Numbered from the stretch's first letter, positions 14,828 through 32,690 are shown. The stretch: DNA of 64,000 nucleotides from Eledone cirrhosa (GCA_964016885.1 OZ024743.1:4526001-4590000), one strand, 5' to 3'. The notes: generated by a model not told the origin, from the sequence alone. Translations and numbers: made by a program.

Positions 14828-14990
14828 CTCATTCGTCCAGCATTCGAGAGATGCGGGGTTCGATACCTCGCAAGCGTCTCTGTCCACTTTTTCTGTCTCC
14901 AGGAATACTTTACCGGATTTTCTTAACTATTATTTATAATGATCGACTATTTCAAATCTCAAATTTTACCGGATGTTCATATATGTGTGG

Positions 14991-15580
<590 letters not shown>

Positions 15581-16372
15581 GTGTGCTGTGTACGACGACG
15601 GCAGCTATACAGATGTTGAAAATCAAGCATCTTAACTTGTGGTTTATTAGGCAATTTAAGAATTGAATATTTTGCTACTGCAATATCAGGGTTTTCCATT
15701 CCGTGGTGGTCGGGTAAAAGTAGAACCCACACGAAAGAACATTATCAAGACTTACAGACATATTACCAAAGATTTGGCAAGGATTTAACGAAAAAATTAG
15801 TTCCTCTTTCAGAACATCAAAACGTTAAATATTAACGTTATCTTACATTTGCTCATTTATGTCTGACACTAAAATAGCTTGTTTTTGTTTTCTAGGTTTT
15901 TCGTTTTGCTAGCTTGTATATATATATTTGTAATGCTTAATGTGTTATTTTTTGTTATTCTTGCAATATATAGCTGTCGATATTTATTATGACACTCATA
16001 GATATGCCAATGCTATATTAATGACACGAAGAGACTACGCCTGGGGGCTGGGAGCTGAATTTTATTATCTCTGCTATACTCTATCTCAGTTTTCGTTAGT
16101 TAGAAAGTAAGCAATAAATATGGCGAGGAAGGATCTAAATTGATAGTATATGGTTTTGTAATCTTTCTCTTTCTCCTTCTCTCTCTCTCTCTCTCTTTCA
16201 CCCTCTCCCCTCTCTCTTTCTCTCTTTATATATGTATATATATATATATATGTATATATGTGTGTGTGTGTGTGTGTATATATACGTAAATACATAAACA
16301 CAAACCCGCACACGTATACATATATTTACATATTTACATGTATATGTATTTGTATATATATATATATATTTG

Positions 16373-16448
<76 letters not shown>

Positions 16449-16502
16449 CACATATACACACACACACACAGTCTCTCTCTCACTCAAACACTCACACACA
16501 CA

Positions 16503-16560
<58 letters not shown>

Positions 16561-16940
16561 CTAATATACTATGACTTTATTAATATATATGTGAGTTTGT
16601 AAATATGTATGTAAAAAATAGACACATAGGTGCACAAAAGTACAGAGTAAGAATATTTATATATTTAACGAATATATGACTGCTTGGATTAGAGAATCAA
16701 TGAAAAATATACATGGCTCGTTTGTATGATAATATTTTTTTCTTATCGGGGGCAGTGGTGTGGCAAACATGCTTTTATTACGGCACTAAATATTTTATGG
16801 TATCTTGTAAATTACTTTGCTTAGAACACCAACGACGCAGACTTTCCAATATTTCTCTTCATAAATAAAATAAATGACGATCATGCTCTGACGCCAGTTG
16901 AATTGTATACGAATGATGCTTGACGATCAATAAGATTAAG

Positions 16941-16978
<38 letters not shown>

Positions 16979-17031
16979 GTATATATATATGAGCACACAC
17001 GCACACACACACGCACGCACACACGCGCACG

Positions 17032-17082
<51 letters not shown>

Positions 17083-17122
17083 GCACAGACGCATATATAT
17101 ATATATATATATATATACATAT

Positions 17123-17153
<31 letters not shown>

Positions 17154-17443
17154 AATTGCGTTGGTATGTATGAACAAACATGCACATTTGTCGGGGCGTG
17201 TATATAGACATATTTAGGCATATACTGAGACCACTTCGATATTTTTATTAGATTAGGTTAATATTGAACAATGTACAATTATTAGATAAAAGTAGTATAT
17301 TATTAGAAACATACAACACAAAGCATTCTACTAAAAATTGTCTATTCTAAATTAGTAATTATTTAATTACCTTTAGCTGCAATTACTTCAGCCATTCTGT
17401 GAGGTATTGATTCCACCAAGCAGGCACAATATTTAGAAACAAT

Positions 17444-17627
17444 TGTTTCTACTTTAGGTACAAGGCCAGCAATTACCCAGTTCATTACTGGTACTTTATT
17501 TTATCGACCCCGTAAGGATGAAAGGCAAAGTCAACCTCGGCGGGATTTGAACTCAGATCGTAAAGGGACGTAACTATGCTGGAAAGCATGGCGTCCGACC
17601 CTCTACCGATACTGCCAATCTACCGCC
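17444..17627 (-). mobile_element. tRNA-derived SINE, full length, 14-bp TSD, next to or inside the Tc1 remnant
   Basis: A box TGGCAGTATCGG and B box GAGTTCAAATCC on the minus strand. TSD TATTTAGAAA(C/T)AAT at 17430-17443 and 17628-17641. Confidence 0.9.
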
Positions 17628-17642
17628 TATTTAGAAATAATG

Positions 17643-18260
17643 TGTTGTGACAATACTGTAAGAATATTTTTTTGTAAATCAGTAGTTGAGCTGGGATTTA
17701 GCTTGGCAACCTCGTCTTTCATCAATTTCCCAGTTTTCAATAGGGTTTAAGTCAGGACTTGAACCTGACCAAGGTGCCAGCACTTCAATGCCAGATTCTC
17801 GAAAAAGTTGGATAATGGTTTTTGCCCTATGGCAAGGTGCACCATCTTGTTGATACATCTTGCAACCATGCTTCTCCATCCATAATGAGACCTTTTCTCG
17901 TATGATTTCCAAATACATGTTTGCATTAACAGCCTTTCATGTTGTGATTATGGTCAGTACAGCTCATCCTTTTATGCTTATTGATCCCCAGACTATCAAT
18001 GATTGTGAATGTTTAACTGTTGGTTTGACATAACGAGAATTATAACGCTCTCTAGGAGGTCTTCTTACAAAGTGATTATAAGGGGCAAATTGTCTAATTA
18101 ATGTTTCATCAATAAACTTTATCTCACGCCATTGAGCAGCAGCCCAGTGACGATAAGTGTTGCAGAACAACAAACGGTCCTTGATGTTTTTATTTGAAAG
18201 GTGAGGCTTGGCAGTTGGCTTAAAAGCCCTGAGGGAGTAGACCATATATCTCACTAGATA
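17643..18260 (-). pseudogene. Tc1-family DDE transposase remnant
   Basis: ORFs 17964..18254 (KPHLS...RLLFC...W...FIDET...PTVKH..VWGSIS) and 17679..17918 (YQQDGAPCH, WSGSSPDLNPIENW). Confidence 0.9.
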
Positions 18261-19917
18261 ACTGTGGTTGGAATTTTCTTAAATATGAAACAGAATTAAC
18301 TCTGCAAGCCATCCACCTAATAAGGACACAACTTTCTGAAGTATTGAGTGCTTAATTTTGTATTTGTAAGTTTTTGTCGTACAGAAAAAGCGATATATCG
18401 AGCGGACAGGTAATATGCCATAATACAAAATAGTCGTCCAGTAGTACATGCACTACCATATCAAAAGTTGGTTGAGCCCTCAATCCAAGGAACAAATTGT
18501 GTTTATAGTTATTTATAATTGAAAATGTTCAACCTGACAGTCAATGAAATACGTGTATCTGAAAGCATTTTTTGTTGATATAATGATATAATAAATAACT
18601 ACACACATCCGCACAAACACACATACACACACATATATATATATATGTGTGTGTATGTGTGTGTGTGTGTTTGAGTGCGTGTGGTATGTGTGTATGTGTG
18701 TGAGTGTACATTATGTATATACGTAAATATATTAGTGTGTGTGTTTTTGTGTGTGTGCATTGTGTGTGTGTGCAAAGAAAACTAAACAAAACGACTGAAG
18801 GGAGAGATTTTTGTTCTTTATTATATCACATCTCAGTATATCAAACTGAATCAAAATACCAATTGAAACAACATTCTGTTCTAAAGCAAAGTCTACATTG
18901 TTTAATTATATGAATCCTACTAACTTGAAGCTAACACAATTTCCCACTGTTTGGAGATCGTGCTGTTCTTCACTACGTCCTGATTGTCTCATTAGAAATT
19001 AAATCCTACACATGTTTTCACTTGATCTTAGACTAACCCGAATGTTGTCCAAATTTCATTTACTGTTTCATTTCTCTGTCTTCCTCCTCTGCCTCCTATT
19101 CCTTCTATCTTCTTTTTTTTCATTCTCTACTAATACTTTTACTTTTTACTGTGGTGCCTTCTTGTTCTTTCACTTAACTATCTTATTTATCCCTCTTCAA
19201 GTGTTGGTCCTCTTATCTATATGAAGCAATAAACAATTAAAGCTTTCATGCATAAATTTTAACTTTGTCTAGTACGATTAAATAAATTCAACGTGAAGAA
19301 GATTCTTTCTCTAGGGGTTACTGGGTGAGACAGGTTTTGTTATCATTGTTGGCATGAAAAGGCTTGGAAATATGATGTGTGCTTTTTTCTTAAACATTAT
19401 GAAATCCTGGTACAAGATGTAATTATGGCTGTGGAGTCAAACAAAATGCAGTTATGGCCATGTGTTTTATTTCGCAATCACATGGTTCCCTGTTTGACCT
19501 CACAGTGTGACATATTTGTAAGAGTCCTCTACCAGAATCTCAAATCGAACTTAGTCTTATGGGTGAAATTCGGTAAATTAAAAATATGTCAAAACCCGTC
19601 GGATGGAGTGTACCTGTTCTTGGGTGGTAGACTTAATCCATCACTTGGTTTACGTTCAAAATATAATTTCAGTTCAACATTGGTGCATTTAGTAGATTAA
19701 AGACTGATGGAAGCATTTATCTTAAGTTAAGTGCCACTTTTCCCCCATCTACCAGGCTCGGAGGGCTACAAGAAGCATTGCCTTAGCTCTTCTCCCCCAC
19801 ACTATTGCAGCTGCCACAATATCAAGGCTAATAATATACAGTAGTAACTTGTAAACCGTCTGTCATTTTGTCTATCCCACTTTCATTTCTCACATTGATT
19901 GCTCTTTGTATTAAACA

Positions 19918-20995
19918 TTATATTATATTATATTATATTATATTATATTATATTATATTATATTATATTATATTATATTATATTATATTATATTGTTATA
20001 TTATGTTATATTATATTATATTATATTATATTATATTATATTATATTATATTATATTATATTATATTGTTATATTATATTATATTATATTATATTATATT
20101 ATATTATATTGTTATATTATATTATATTATATTATATTATATATTATATTATATTATATTATATTATATTATATTATATTATATTATATTATATTATATT
20201 ATATTATATTATATTATGTTATATTATATTATATTATATTATATTATATTATATTATATTATATTATATTATATTATATTATATTATATTATATTATATT
20301 ATATTATATTATATTATATTATATTATATTATATTATATTATATTATATTATATTATATTATATTATATTATGTTCGCCGAGGTTGACTTTGCCTTTCAT
20401 CCTTACGGGGTCGATGAAATAAAGTACCAGTAACGCACTGGGTAATTGCTGGCCTTGTGCCTAAAGTAGAAACAATTATATTATATTATATTATATTATG
20501 TTATATTATATTATATTATATTATATTATATTATATTATATTATATTATATTATATTATATTATATTATACTATATTATATTGTTATATTATATTATGTA
20601 ATATTATATTATATTATATTATATTATATTATATTATATTATATTATATTATATTATATTATATTATATTATATTATGTTATATTATGTTATATTATATT
20701 ATATTATGTTATATTATATTATATTATATTATATTATATTATATTATATTATATTATATTATATTATATTATATTAGGTAATATTATATTATGTTATATT
20801 ATATTATATTATATTATATTATATTATGTTATATTATATTATGTTATATTATATTATGTTATATTATATTATGTAATATTATATTATGTTATATTATATT
20901 ATATTATATTATATTATATTATATTATATTAAGTTATATCATATTATATTATATTATATTTTAATTCAATATATATCTTATTATATTATATTATA
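19918..20995. repeat. (ATATT)n pentanucleotide satellite, ~1 kb, containing a SINE 3' fragment at ~20372-20478
   Basis: Direct reading; SINE segment CGCCGAGGTTGACTTTGCC...GTAGAAACAATT. Confidence 0.97.
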
Positions 20996-21376
20996 ACATA
21001 AACTAGAAATACAGAAAACATTCAATTTCACATATAAACCACAACTACTCAAGTTCCTGTCTCCCACCATTTACGGTGTCAATTTTGATTATATTATATA
21101 AAACACTTAATATTTATGTTACCTTTCTTTACTTCCTGTTTTATTATATAATCTGAAGCGCATTCGTGTGATTTCAGAATAAGTTTGTTATTTTTACATA
21201 TAATTCAGGCTGCATTAACACAAATATATGTATGAGTGTATAGTATGTGTGCGTCTATGTGTTTGTTTATTTGTATGTTTATGTATGTGTGTTTTCCACT
21301 GTTTCGCTCAAATACTTTCTTCCCTTCCCCTCTTTTATCCACACACACACACACGCACACACACACACACACACCT

Positions 21377-21446
<70 letters not shown>

Positions 21447-21804
21447 AAGTGTGGTAGCAGCCGAAGTGTATAATGAAGTTATATCTGTATAAATGCAGAG
21501 TGTGTAACTGGGACTACATGTAAACATCCCAAAAGATACGAATTTCTCTGTAAATTGAAAAAATGATGAACAACTTTAATCGATTTTCGGATCTAATTGG
21601 AAACTTATCAGAAGACGTATACATCAGTTAATCCAATAAAACGAAACATATATGTGTTATGTATGTATAAACATACGCTCTAAGTATTATTTGTCTTGCA
21701 TTCAATTTATTGCGAAATCTACCGTCCATTTTGCATTGTCGTAGCCTTCAAAAAACTTATTTCTTTACACACTAACACAATACTCCAAGAATACTACAAC
21801 ACCC

Positions 21805-21889
<85 letters not shown>

Positions 21890-21898
<9 letters not shown>

Positions 21899-24800
21899 TT
21901 TCAACAATGTCAGTATTCCATGTGTCATAATTCTCGATTATCATTGGTTCATAGGTTTCAAACGACTCCGCCCACCTCAACGACTGTAAGAATCCTAGAC
22001 CATTTGGTCATGCCATGAATGATTCAGACATTGGTGTCCTTTGATCAGTATTGTGAGCTTTGACGGAGTTATCATTTCTGTTCAATGTCATTTATTGTCG
22101 ATAATGAGCAATAAAATCCAACAAGTATTGATAGAAATTGCCTTCAAATTTATCGCTTCTGATTGCGGTGGTAATAAAACCTCATCATATGCTGAGTCTG
22201 GAAAAAAGGTTGGATCCTATGGCCGGCCAGGGCTAGAGTAATATTGAAAAACGATTCTATTTTAGAATGTAGAAGGATCCGCCATTTGGAGTTCAAACCA
22301 GGCCACCTCCCCGAGTTGAACTCTGGGCAACATTGACTGTCTATTACATAGTGGCTAAGAGCCTGGAAATTACTGAATAAATGTTTGTGTCATATAATTT
22401 GTTGCTTTATTATTATAGCTGACCACTTATAGATAAGCATGTTATCCATATCCATATTAATTTGGCATTCGTATAAACCATTTCAAGTGAATAGGGACCT
22501 TTTTTACATTGACGGCCATCTTTTATATTTATCTATATCTATATCTACATATAATATAAAAGATTGGACCTTCCATCATCCTTTTGAGAAACGTGGAACA
22601 ACCAGGTCTATGCAATGATACACATTTTACAGTCAGTCAGAAGATGAACCATCTCCTAGAGGTCACTATTCTAGGTGGCAGCACCTAGAATTGTTCATAT
22701 ACTATGCACAAATGGTACAACGAAGAATCTGGTGTATCTGGAAGATTTTTTTTACTGTTTTTTGTATCACACAGACACCACGGACTCGCCTCATACTGTA
22801 ACCAGACAAACATCCAATACAGTCATTTTCTCTTTTACCAGTCTTCTCTTATCATCTGTTTACCCGGGCGAAGCTGGGTACGTCAGCTAGTCTATCTATA
22901 TATTAATTTCAACAATATCATTATTCCGTGTGTCATAATTCTCGATTATCATTGGTTCATAGGTTTCAAACGACTCGGCCCACCTCAACGACGCCAAACT
23001 TAAATTAATATGCATAATGCCAATGAGGGAGTGAGAGGGGAGAGTGTGAACGCTGTGTTTGATACTCTATGTATATGTGTGTGGAAATAAGAGGGGAAGG
23101 AAAGCAATAACTATTAACATGTGTGCGTGTGTATGTACGTGCGCGTATGTTTATGTGTGTGTGCGTGCGTGCGGCGTTCCACAGAAAGTAAAACCTATCA
23201 ACATGTGTGAGTGTGTGCGTGTGTAAGTTTGCGTGCGTGTGCAAGTTTGCGTGCGTGTGCGCGTTTCCATGCGTGTATGTGTGTGGCGTTCCACAATCGC
23301 CACGTAGTTTATCTGTCTGTGTGCCTGTCTGTCAGTCTAACATACACAGAGTTGTGAAGGGAGTGAATGGGGACCTTTTTTTTACATTGACGGACATCTT
23401 TTATATTTATTATTGTGTCATTTTTTGACAATTGCTTGAAATGAATACTGATAATAAATGCAATTCGACTTTATCAAACAGTGAACTACAGCGGCGACGG
23501 CGTGCAGCGAGGAATGAAAAAAAAACGGGCCGAACAGCGCTATCGGAACGCCGAACTTCAGAGGCGAAGAGGTGGCGCCATGAATGAAGAGCAGCTGGCT
23601 GAACAACGCCAACGAAACACTGGAGCCAAGCAGCGACGGCGTGCTGCGATGGTTGAAGACGAACTGGCTTAGCATCATCAGCAGATGGCCAGAATTCAGC
23701 AGCAACGTCGTGCTGCGATGGATGAAGAGGAGCTAGCTGAACAGCGCCAGCGCAATACAGAAGTTCAGAGAATATATCGCCAAAGTGATCCTCATTCCAG
23801 TAAAGAGGCCAGAAGGCGAACGAATGATATTAAAAATGGATCATGGCAACCGTGTCATTTTCAGACTGGGGGTCGAGCAGAGTGTCCACATTGTGGAGCA
23901 TTGCTTTGGAGGCACGAAAAGACGTGGGCCACAATGTGATGTCATAAAGAGCAGTTCAACTAGAACCCTTGCGAATGCCGGATGATGAGGAGTCACCGGA
24001 GTTTAAAATACTAAGTATGTGGGGTGATCAAGGAGACAGAGGTAGATTACTGCGCAAATATTCGCGCCAAATTAACAATTAATTAACTTTAGCATCGCAG
24101 ATAGTTAGTGAGATGTTTGAGAGTGGAGCATGGCAACCGAATGTAGTCATTCAAGGCCGTTTGTATCATTGTATCTGTAATTTAGAAGTTACCCCAGGAG
24201 AGAGGCCCTGATTCGCTCAAATTTACGTTAACGATACAGATTATAGTGAATCGGAGGAGGATATCAGAATCGGTTGGATAAAGTTGCCGGAAAATATAAC
24301 TGAACTTGAACGGCAAAGGTTAAGTGATTTGATCCGTGATTTGCAATCATGGCTTAGACAGTGTAATCCTTATGTTATGGATTTCCTGTTGGTGGCTGAA
24401 CTGCAATATGTCCAGCAGCAAACATTGGTGATTAAGGCTGACGCAGTGCCAAGGAATCAACACGAACGGCGATATAATGCCCCTGAAGGATTTCGTGAAG
24501 TTGCTGTGTTGATGGACGATAAGCCTGGATCGATAGATATCGTCCTCAATCGCAGAGATGGTGGTCTCAAGGCTATCAAGGAGTCAAATAGGGCATACGA
24601 TCCATTGCATTATGTTCTTTTATTCCCAAAAGGTGAAAATGGATGGAACATGTCTGTTCATTTAGATGATCATGAGAATCAGCATCAACAGGGAGGCGGC
24701 AATAGACACAATAATTCGATTCGCGACTTTTACGCGAACGAGAGGAATCAACAGAGAAATGCGCTGTTTCAAGCCAGCAGATTGTTCCAAGAATACTGTT

Positions 24801-27580
24801 GTATGGCATTCGCAAATATCGAAAATCAAAGGCTAAATTATCATGCTTTGAACCCGGATCAAAGGCAACTCTACTTCGATTTCCCTTCGCATTATACGTA
24901 GGATAAGAAGGGAAAGAAATGGAATGATAGAAAACAAAAGTTGAGATTCATGACTATTGACGGGTTTGTAATGTCCATCCAGCATCTGGTGATGTGTTTT
25001 ATCTCCGAATTCTGTTGCATAATGATTTTTCGAGAAGTAAACAGAGCTTCGCTGATTTGAAAACAATTAATGGCATGGAATATGAAACATACCAAGCTGT
25101 ATGTCAGCATCTGGGACTCCTTCAGGATGACGCTGAATGGAATAACGCCATGGGAAGCTACAGGAACAACACAGATGCCAGCTCAAATAAGGCAGTTGTT
25201 TGTCACGATTCTAGGATTCTGCAATCCTGTCGATCCAAGAGAGTTATTTGAACGCCATTGGCGAATTATGGCTGATGATTTTAGGCATCATCTTCAGGTC
25301 GATGATGAAAATTTGATGAAAGCTATTGTTTGGTCAATATTGAGAAACTGCTCGAAGTTCATTTCAAATGTTTAACAGATTTCAATTTGCCAATTCCTGA
25401 TGAAGAAATGCGGTAACGTGTCTTAGCATTGAACATGAGATTGCAGCTTAGACGGTTGTCACTCGATCGGAGGGAACTATTCCAGTTTGATCCACTGGAA
25501 CAGCAACGTATTGTGGATGAACGTATGCCAATGTTGACCCAATCTCAGAGAGAATTGGTCGATGGCGTTCTCCACTCGATTTCCACTAATGAGCAACTTT
25601 GTGCTTTCATAGATGCTCCAGGAGGCACCAGAAAGACATTCTGTTTCAACACTATGTTATCGGCAGTCAGAGCTCAGAGGAAGATTGCTCTCCCTGTGGC
25701 TACCAGTGGGATCGCTGCCACTTTGCTGAGTGGTGGAAGGACCTTCCACTCATGCTTCAAGGCTCAATTGGCTCCGGATGAGTTGAGTGTTTGTAACATT
25801 ACAGGACAAAGTGAACTCGCGGGCCTTATACGCAATACGTCTCTGATTATTTGGGATGAGGCTCCAATGGCACACAGATATTTGCTGGAGGCATTGGACA
25901 GAACTTTGAGAGATATCTGCGGTAGTGACCTGCCATTCGGTGGTAAGACTATCGATCTTGGTGGCGATTTCAGACAGGTGCTACCAATTGTTAGGAATGC
26001 TCAAAGAGCGCAAATAGTGGTAATAAAACCTGATCATATGCTAAGTCTGGCAAAAAGGTTGGATCCTATGGCCGGCCAGGGCTAGAGTAATATTGAAAAA
26101 CGATTCTATTTTAGAAGTAGAAGGATCCGCCCTTTAGAGTTCAAACCAGGCCACCTCCCCGAGTTGAACTCTGGGCAACATTGACTGTCTATTACTCAGT
26201 GGCTAAGAGCCTGGAAATTACTGAATAAATGTTTGTGTCATATAGTTTGTATCACACAGACACCACGGACTCGCCTCATACTGTAACCAAAGAAACATCC
26301 AATACAGTCATTTTCTCTTTTACCTGTCTTCTCTTATTATCTGTTTACCCGGGCGAAGCTGGGTACGTCAGCTAGTCTATCTATATATTAATTTCAACAA
26401 TGTCAGTATTCCGTGTGTCATAATTCTCGATTAACATTGGTTCATAGGTTTCAAATGACTCCGCCCACCTCAACGACGTCAAACTTAAATTAATATGCAT
26501 AATGCCAATGAGGGAGTGAGAGGGGAGAGTAAGAAACAGAGAGGCAAAGTGAACGGTGTGTTGGATACACTATCTATATATGTCAGTGTAGAGACATGTG
26601 TGGAAATAAGAGGGGAAGGAAAGCAATAACTATTAACATATGTGCGTGTGTATGTACGTGCGCGTATGATTATGTGTGTGTGCGGGAGTGCAGCCTTCCA
26701 CAGAAAGTAAAAACTATCAACATGTGTGAGTGTGTGCGTGTGTGTAACTGCACCGGTGCGTGTGTAAGTTTGCATGCGTATGCGCGTTTCCATGCGTGTA
26801 TGTGTGTGTACGTGCGGCGTTCCACAATCGCCACGCAGTTTATCTGTCTGTGTGCCTGTCTGTCAGTCTAACATACACAGAGTTGTGAAGGGAGTAAATA
26901 GGGACCTCCTTTTACATTGACGGACATCTTTTATATTTATTATTGTGTCATTTTTTGACAATTGGTCGAAATGAATAATGATAATAAAAGCAATTCGACT
27001 TTATCAAACAGTGAACTACAGCGGTGGCGGCGTGCAGCGAGGAATGAAGAAAAACGGGCCGAACAGCGCCATCATAACACCGAACTTCAGAGGCGAAGAC
27101 GTGCCGCCATGAATGAAGAGGAGCTGACTGAACAATGCCAACGAAACACTGGAGCCAAGCAGCGACGGCGTGCTGCGATGGTTGAAGACGAACTGGCTTA
27201 GCATCATCTTTTATATTAATTATCTATATCTATATCTACATAAAATATAAAAGATTAGAACTTCCATCATCCTTTTGAGAAACGTGGAACAACCAGGTCT
27301 ATGCAACGATACACGTTTTACAGTCAGGCAGAAGATGAACCATCTCCTAGAGGTCACTATTCTAGGTGGGAGCACCTAGAATTGTTCATATACTATGCAC
27401 AAATGGTATAACGAAGAATCTGGTATATCTGGAAGATTTTTTTTACTGTTTTTTGTATCACACGGACACCACGGACTCGCCTCAAACTGTATCCAGACAA
27501 ACATCCAATACAGTCATTTTCTCTTTTACCTGTCTTCTCTTATCATCTGTTACCCGGGCGAAGCTGGGTACGTCAGCTAG
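21890..27580 (+). mobile_element. Head-to-tail array of three related Helitron units (21890-22890, 22891-26375, 26376-27580)
   Basis: Each unit ends in hairpin TACCCGGGCGAAGCTGGGTA plus CGTCAG-CTAG (ending 22890, 26375, 27580). Units 2 and 3 start immediately with TCTATCTATATATTAATTTC. Internal blocks are shared. Confidence 0.9.
23481..26030 (+). pseudogene. Helitron RepHel pseudogene (N-terminal repeats, Zn finger, Pif1 helicase); HUH Rep core apparently deleted
   Basis: CPHCGA; YDPLHYVLLFPKGENGW; LFQEYCC; FYLRILL..SFADLKTING; DAPGGTRKTF, ATSGIAATLL.GGRTFHS, IIWDEAPM, GGDFRQVLP. Multiple stops and frameshifts. Confidence 0.92.
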
Positions 27581-27722
27581 TATATATAAAAGACGAATTG
27601 ACAGGGTCGTTAGAACGTCGGATGGAACGCCTAGCGGATCTCTACGACCTTTTTTTTATCTCACCATACATGATATCTGACATTACATCTATCTATCCAT
27701 CTATCTATCTATCTATCTATAC

Positions 27723-27761
<39 letters not shown>

Positions 27762-29072
27762 CTACATAGCGTCCGTCATCTACTACCGCCTGACCGTAGT
27801 GCCCTGCCCAAGGGAAACCCTCACCAAGATGGAGCGCGCGCTCTTCCAATTCCTTTGGAAGAGGCGGGCTCCTATGGTGAGGAGATCCATCTGCTGTCAA
27901 CACCCTTCGAAAGGAGGGCTGGGGATGCCGTGGCTAATGATGCGTAAACACGCATTAAGGCTACGGCACCTCTACGTATTCCTCACCGGACAACCGGTGT
28001 GGGCCTCGTTTGTGAGACGAACCTTTCCCAGACTCGTCTCACTCACCGAGCTGCAATCCTGGGTCAAGCAAAGACCGAGAAAACTGGGCGCCTGGCACAC
28101 TGAGTGTGCCCAGGCGCTCACCGCCCTCTGGCAGGCGGATCCGGTTATCAGTGGAGACTCCACCGCAACATTCTATAGAGGGCTGGTACGCAGCAGGTGC
28201 GACGACGCCCTCGGAGAAGCCCTAGACATGGAGGAGGACGAACTGGCCAGCCTGTTCGGTAGGACATTCAGCCCGGGACCTATGGACAACTTCCAGAAGT
28301 CCCTGGCCTGGCAGTGCTACCGAGGGGCTTTACCCGTTCGAGAAAGGCTCTACAGACACGGGCGCCCGGGTAGGGACCCCGCCAAAAAGATCTATCCCAG
28401 ATGCGTGTGCGACGAGGAAACCGTTGCACACGCATTAGTACACTGCTCGGGCGTAGCCGATCTGTGGGGCTATGTCGAACAACTGCTGTCAAGGGTGGGA
28501 CCGATCCGGTTGACCACCGAGTCTATTGTAATGATCAAGCCGCCTCCCCCCTTCAAAGATGAAGCAGAGGCGGTGTTTCTGTGCGTAATAGCCATGGCGA
28601 AAGAGGTTGTATGGTGGACGCGTCTGAAAGGACTGAGGTCGGGCACCTTTCTCTCTGGCCAACAACTGGTCCGTTTCTTCCGATATCATTTCGGAAGAAG
28701 GATCAGGATGGAGAGAGAGGTGCTGCACCCCAGCCGTTTCTATGAAAGATGGGTGAAAGTGGCGAGAATGGCCCGTGTGAATGGGCCTTCACTCTACATC
28801 AGACTATAGGTGAGGAAGATGAAAGACCAAGGGAGCACCCCTTCTCTGTGCTCCTGAGGAGAAGGGTTGCACACTTTTTTCGGGGGTGTGTGCGACCCCC
28901 CAAGGCGCCTCCTCTCTATTGAGGATTTTGTTAAAAATTTTATTTTTTGTTATATCTTATTTTATTTTTATATTTTGTTATTGCCTTCTCCTTATTGAGG
29001 ACGCCTTTTTGTGTAAACTCCCCCCTTTGTACTTGTCCCACTTTTGATGCCCTAGTGGCAAATAAAAGAAAT
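27762..29072 (+). mobile_element. Tx1-like LINE, 5'-truncated (ORF2 C-terminus and 3' UTR), inserted in (TATC)n
   Basis: ORF from YIASVIYYRLTVVPCP to GPSLYIRL is paralogous to the C-terminus of 7486..10305. Flanked by TCTA tracts 27689-27760 and 29073-29116. Confidence 0.95.
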
Positions 29073-29073
29073 A

Positions 29074-31658
<2,585 letters not shown>

Positions 31659-31677
31659 TATATATATATATATATAT

Positions 31678-31948
31678 TGTGGTGGTGGTGGTTGTGGTGG
31701 TGTTGTTGGTGGTTGTGGTGGTGGTGGTGGTGGTGGTTTTGTTGGTGGTGGTGTTGTTGTTCTTGTTGGTGGTGGAGGTGTTGTTGGTGGTGGTTGTGGT
31801 GGTGGTGTTGTTGTTGGTGGTGGTGGAGGTGTTGTTGGTGGTGGTGGTGTTGTTGTTGGTGATGGTGGAGGTGTTGTTGGTGGCGGTGTTGTTGGTGGCG
31901 GTGTTGTTGGTGGTGGTGGTGTTGTTGTTGGTGGTGGTGGTGGTGTGG
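31678..31948. repeat. (GGT/GTT)n trinucleotide repeat
   Basis: Direct reading. Confidence 0.97.
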
Positions 31949-32690
31949 GTCACTCTAGATGTGCTACGGGTGCAGCCAGTCGTTGGGGTGCCACTGGTGT
32001 ATCTATGTATATGTGTCTGTGTCCCTGCGTCTTAATATATATGCAGGTGTATGTTTGTTTATACGTTTATATGGGCACGCACACCTGTGTATATATGTAT
32101 TAATCTCCAGAGTCTAGCTATTGAGCAGTTAATTTTATTGATTTTTTCAGTTACTTATATTGACTGTTGAATGGCTCTGTTATATTTAACCATTCTGTCG
32201 AGAGCTTTATTCGATTTGTGATATTTTGCATTCTCGCAATAATACACAACTGAATCATTCGCTTAATAGAGGTGTTACCTCCCTTGCTGAACCCCACGAG
32301 GGGTCAGTAATAGCTACACTATCTATAGCATATTGGAGCAAAACCCGTTGAAAACACGACTGCCTTGTTCATCATCTCACCAGAAGCCCAACATTCTTTA
32401 TGTAGGCGGACAGTACCTGATTTGGAGTCGCAGAAACCAATACTGGATTTTACCATCAGTCCAGGGTCCGGGAAAGTATCAACACATATATTTTTATTGT
32501 TTGACCCGAATTACTTGGTCGTTTTGATTTTGGCTGTGCGGATGATATGTTTAACCATCATCTCAGTGTGTTTGGCCCTTAACGTATGTTGTAGCTCTGA
32601 TTCATATGATTCATCGAGCGCTTGCCACACATATCGGACGTTGATTTTCGTTAATTCCTGAGCTGAAAACGATTCTCGCTAATTTATATT

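Noticed and set aside
14828-14900. GGTTCGATACC B-box as a tRNA gene
   Set aside because: No complete cloverleaf or A box. At most a SINE remnant.
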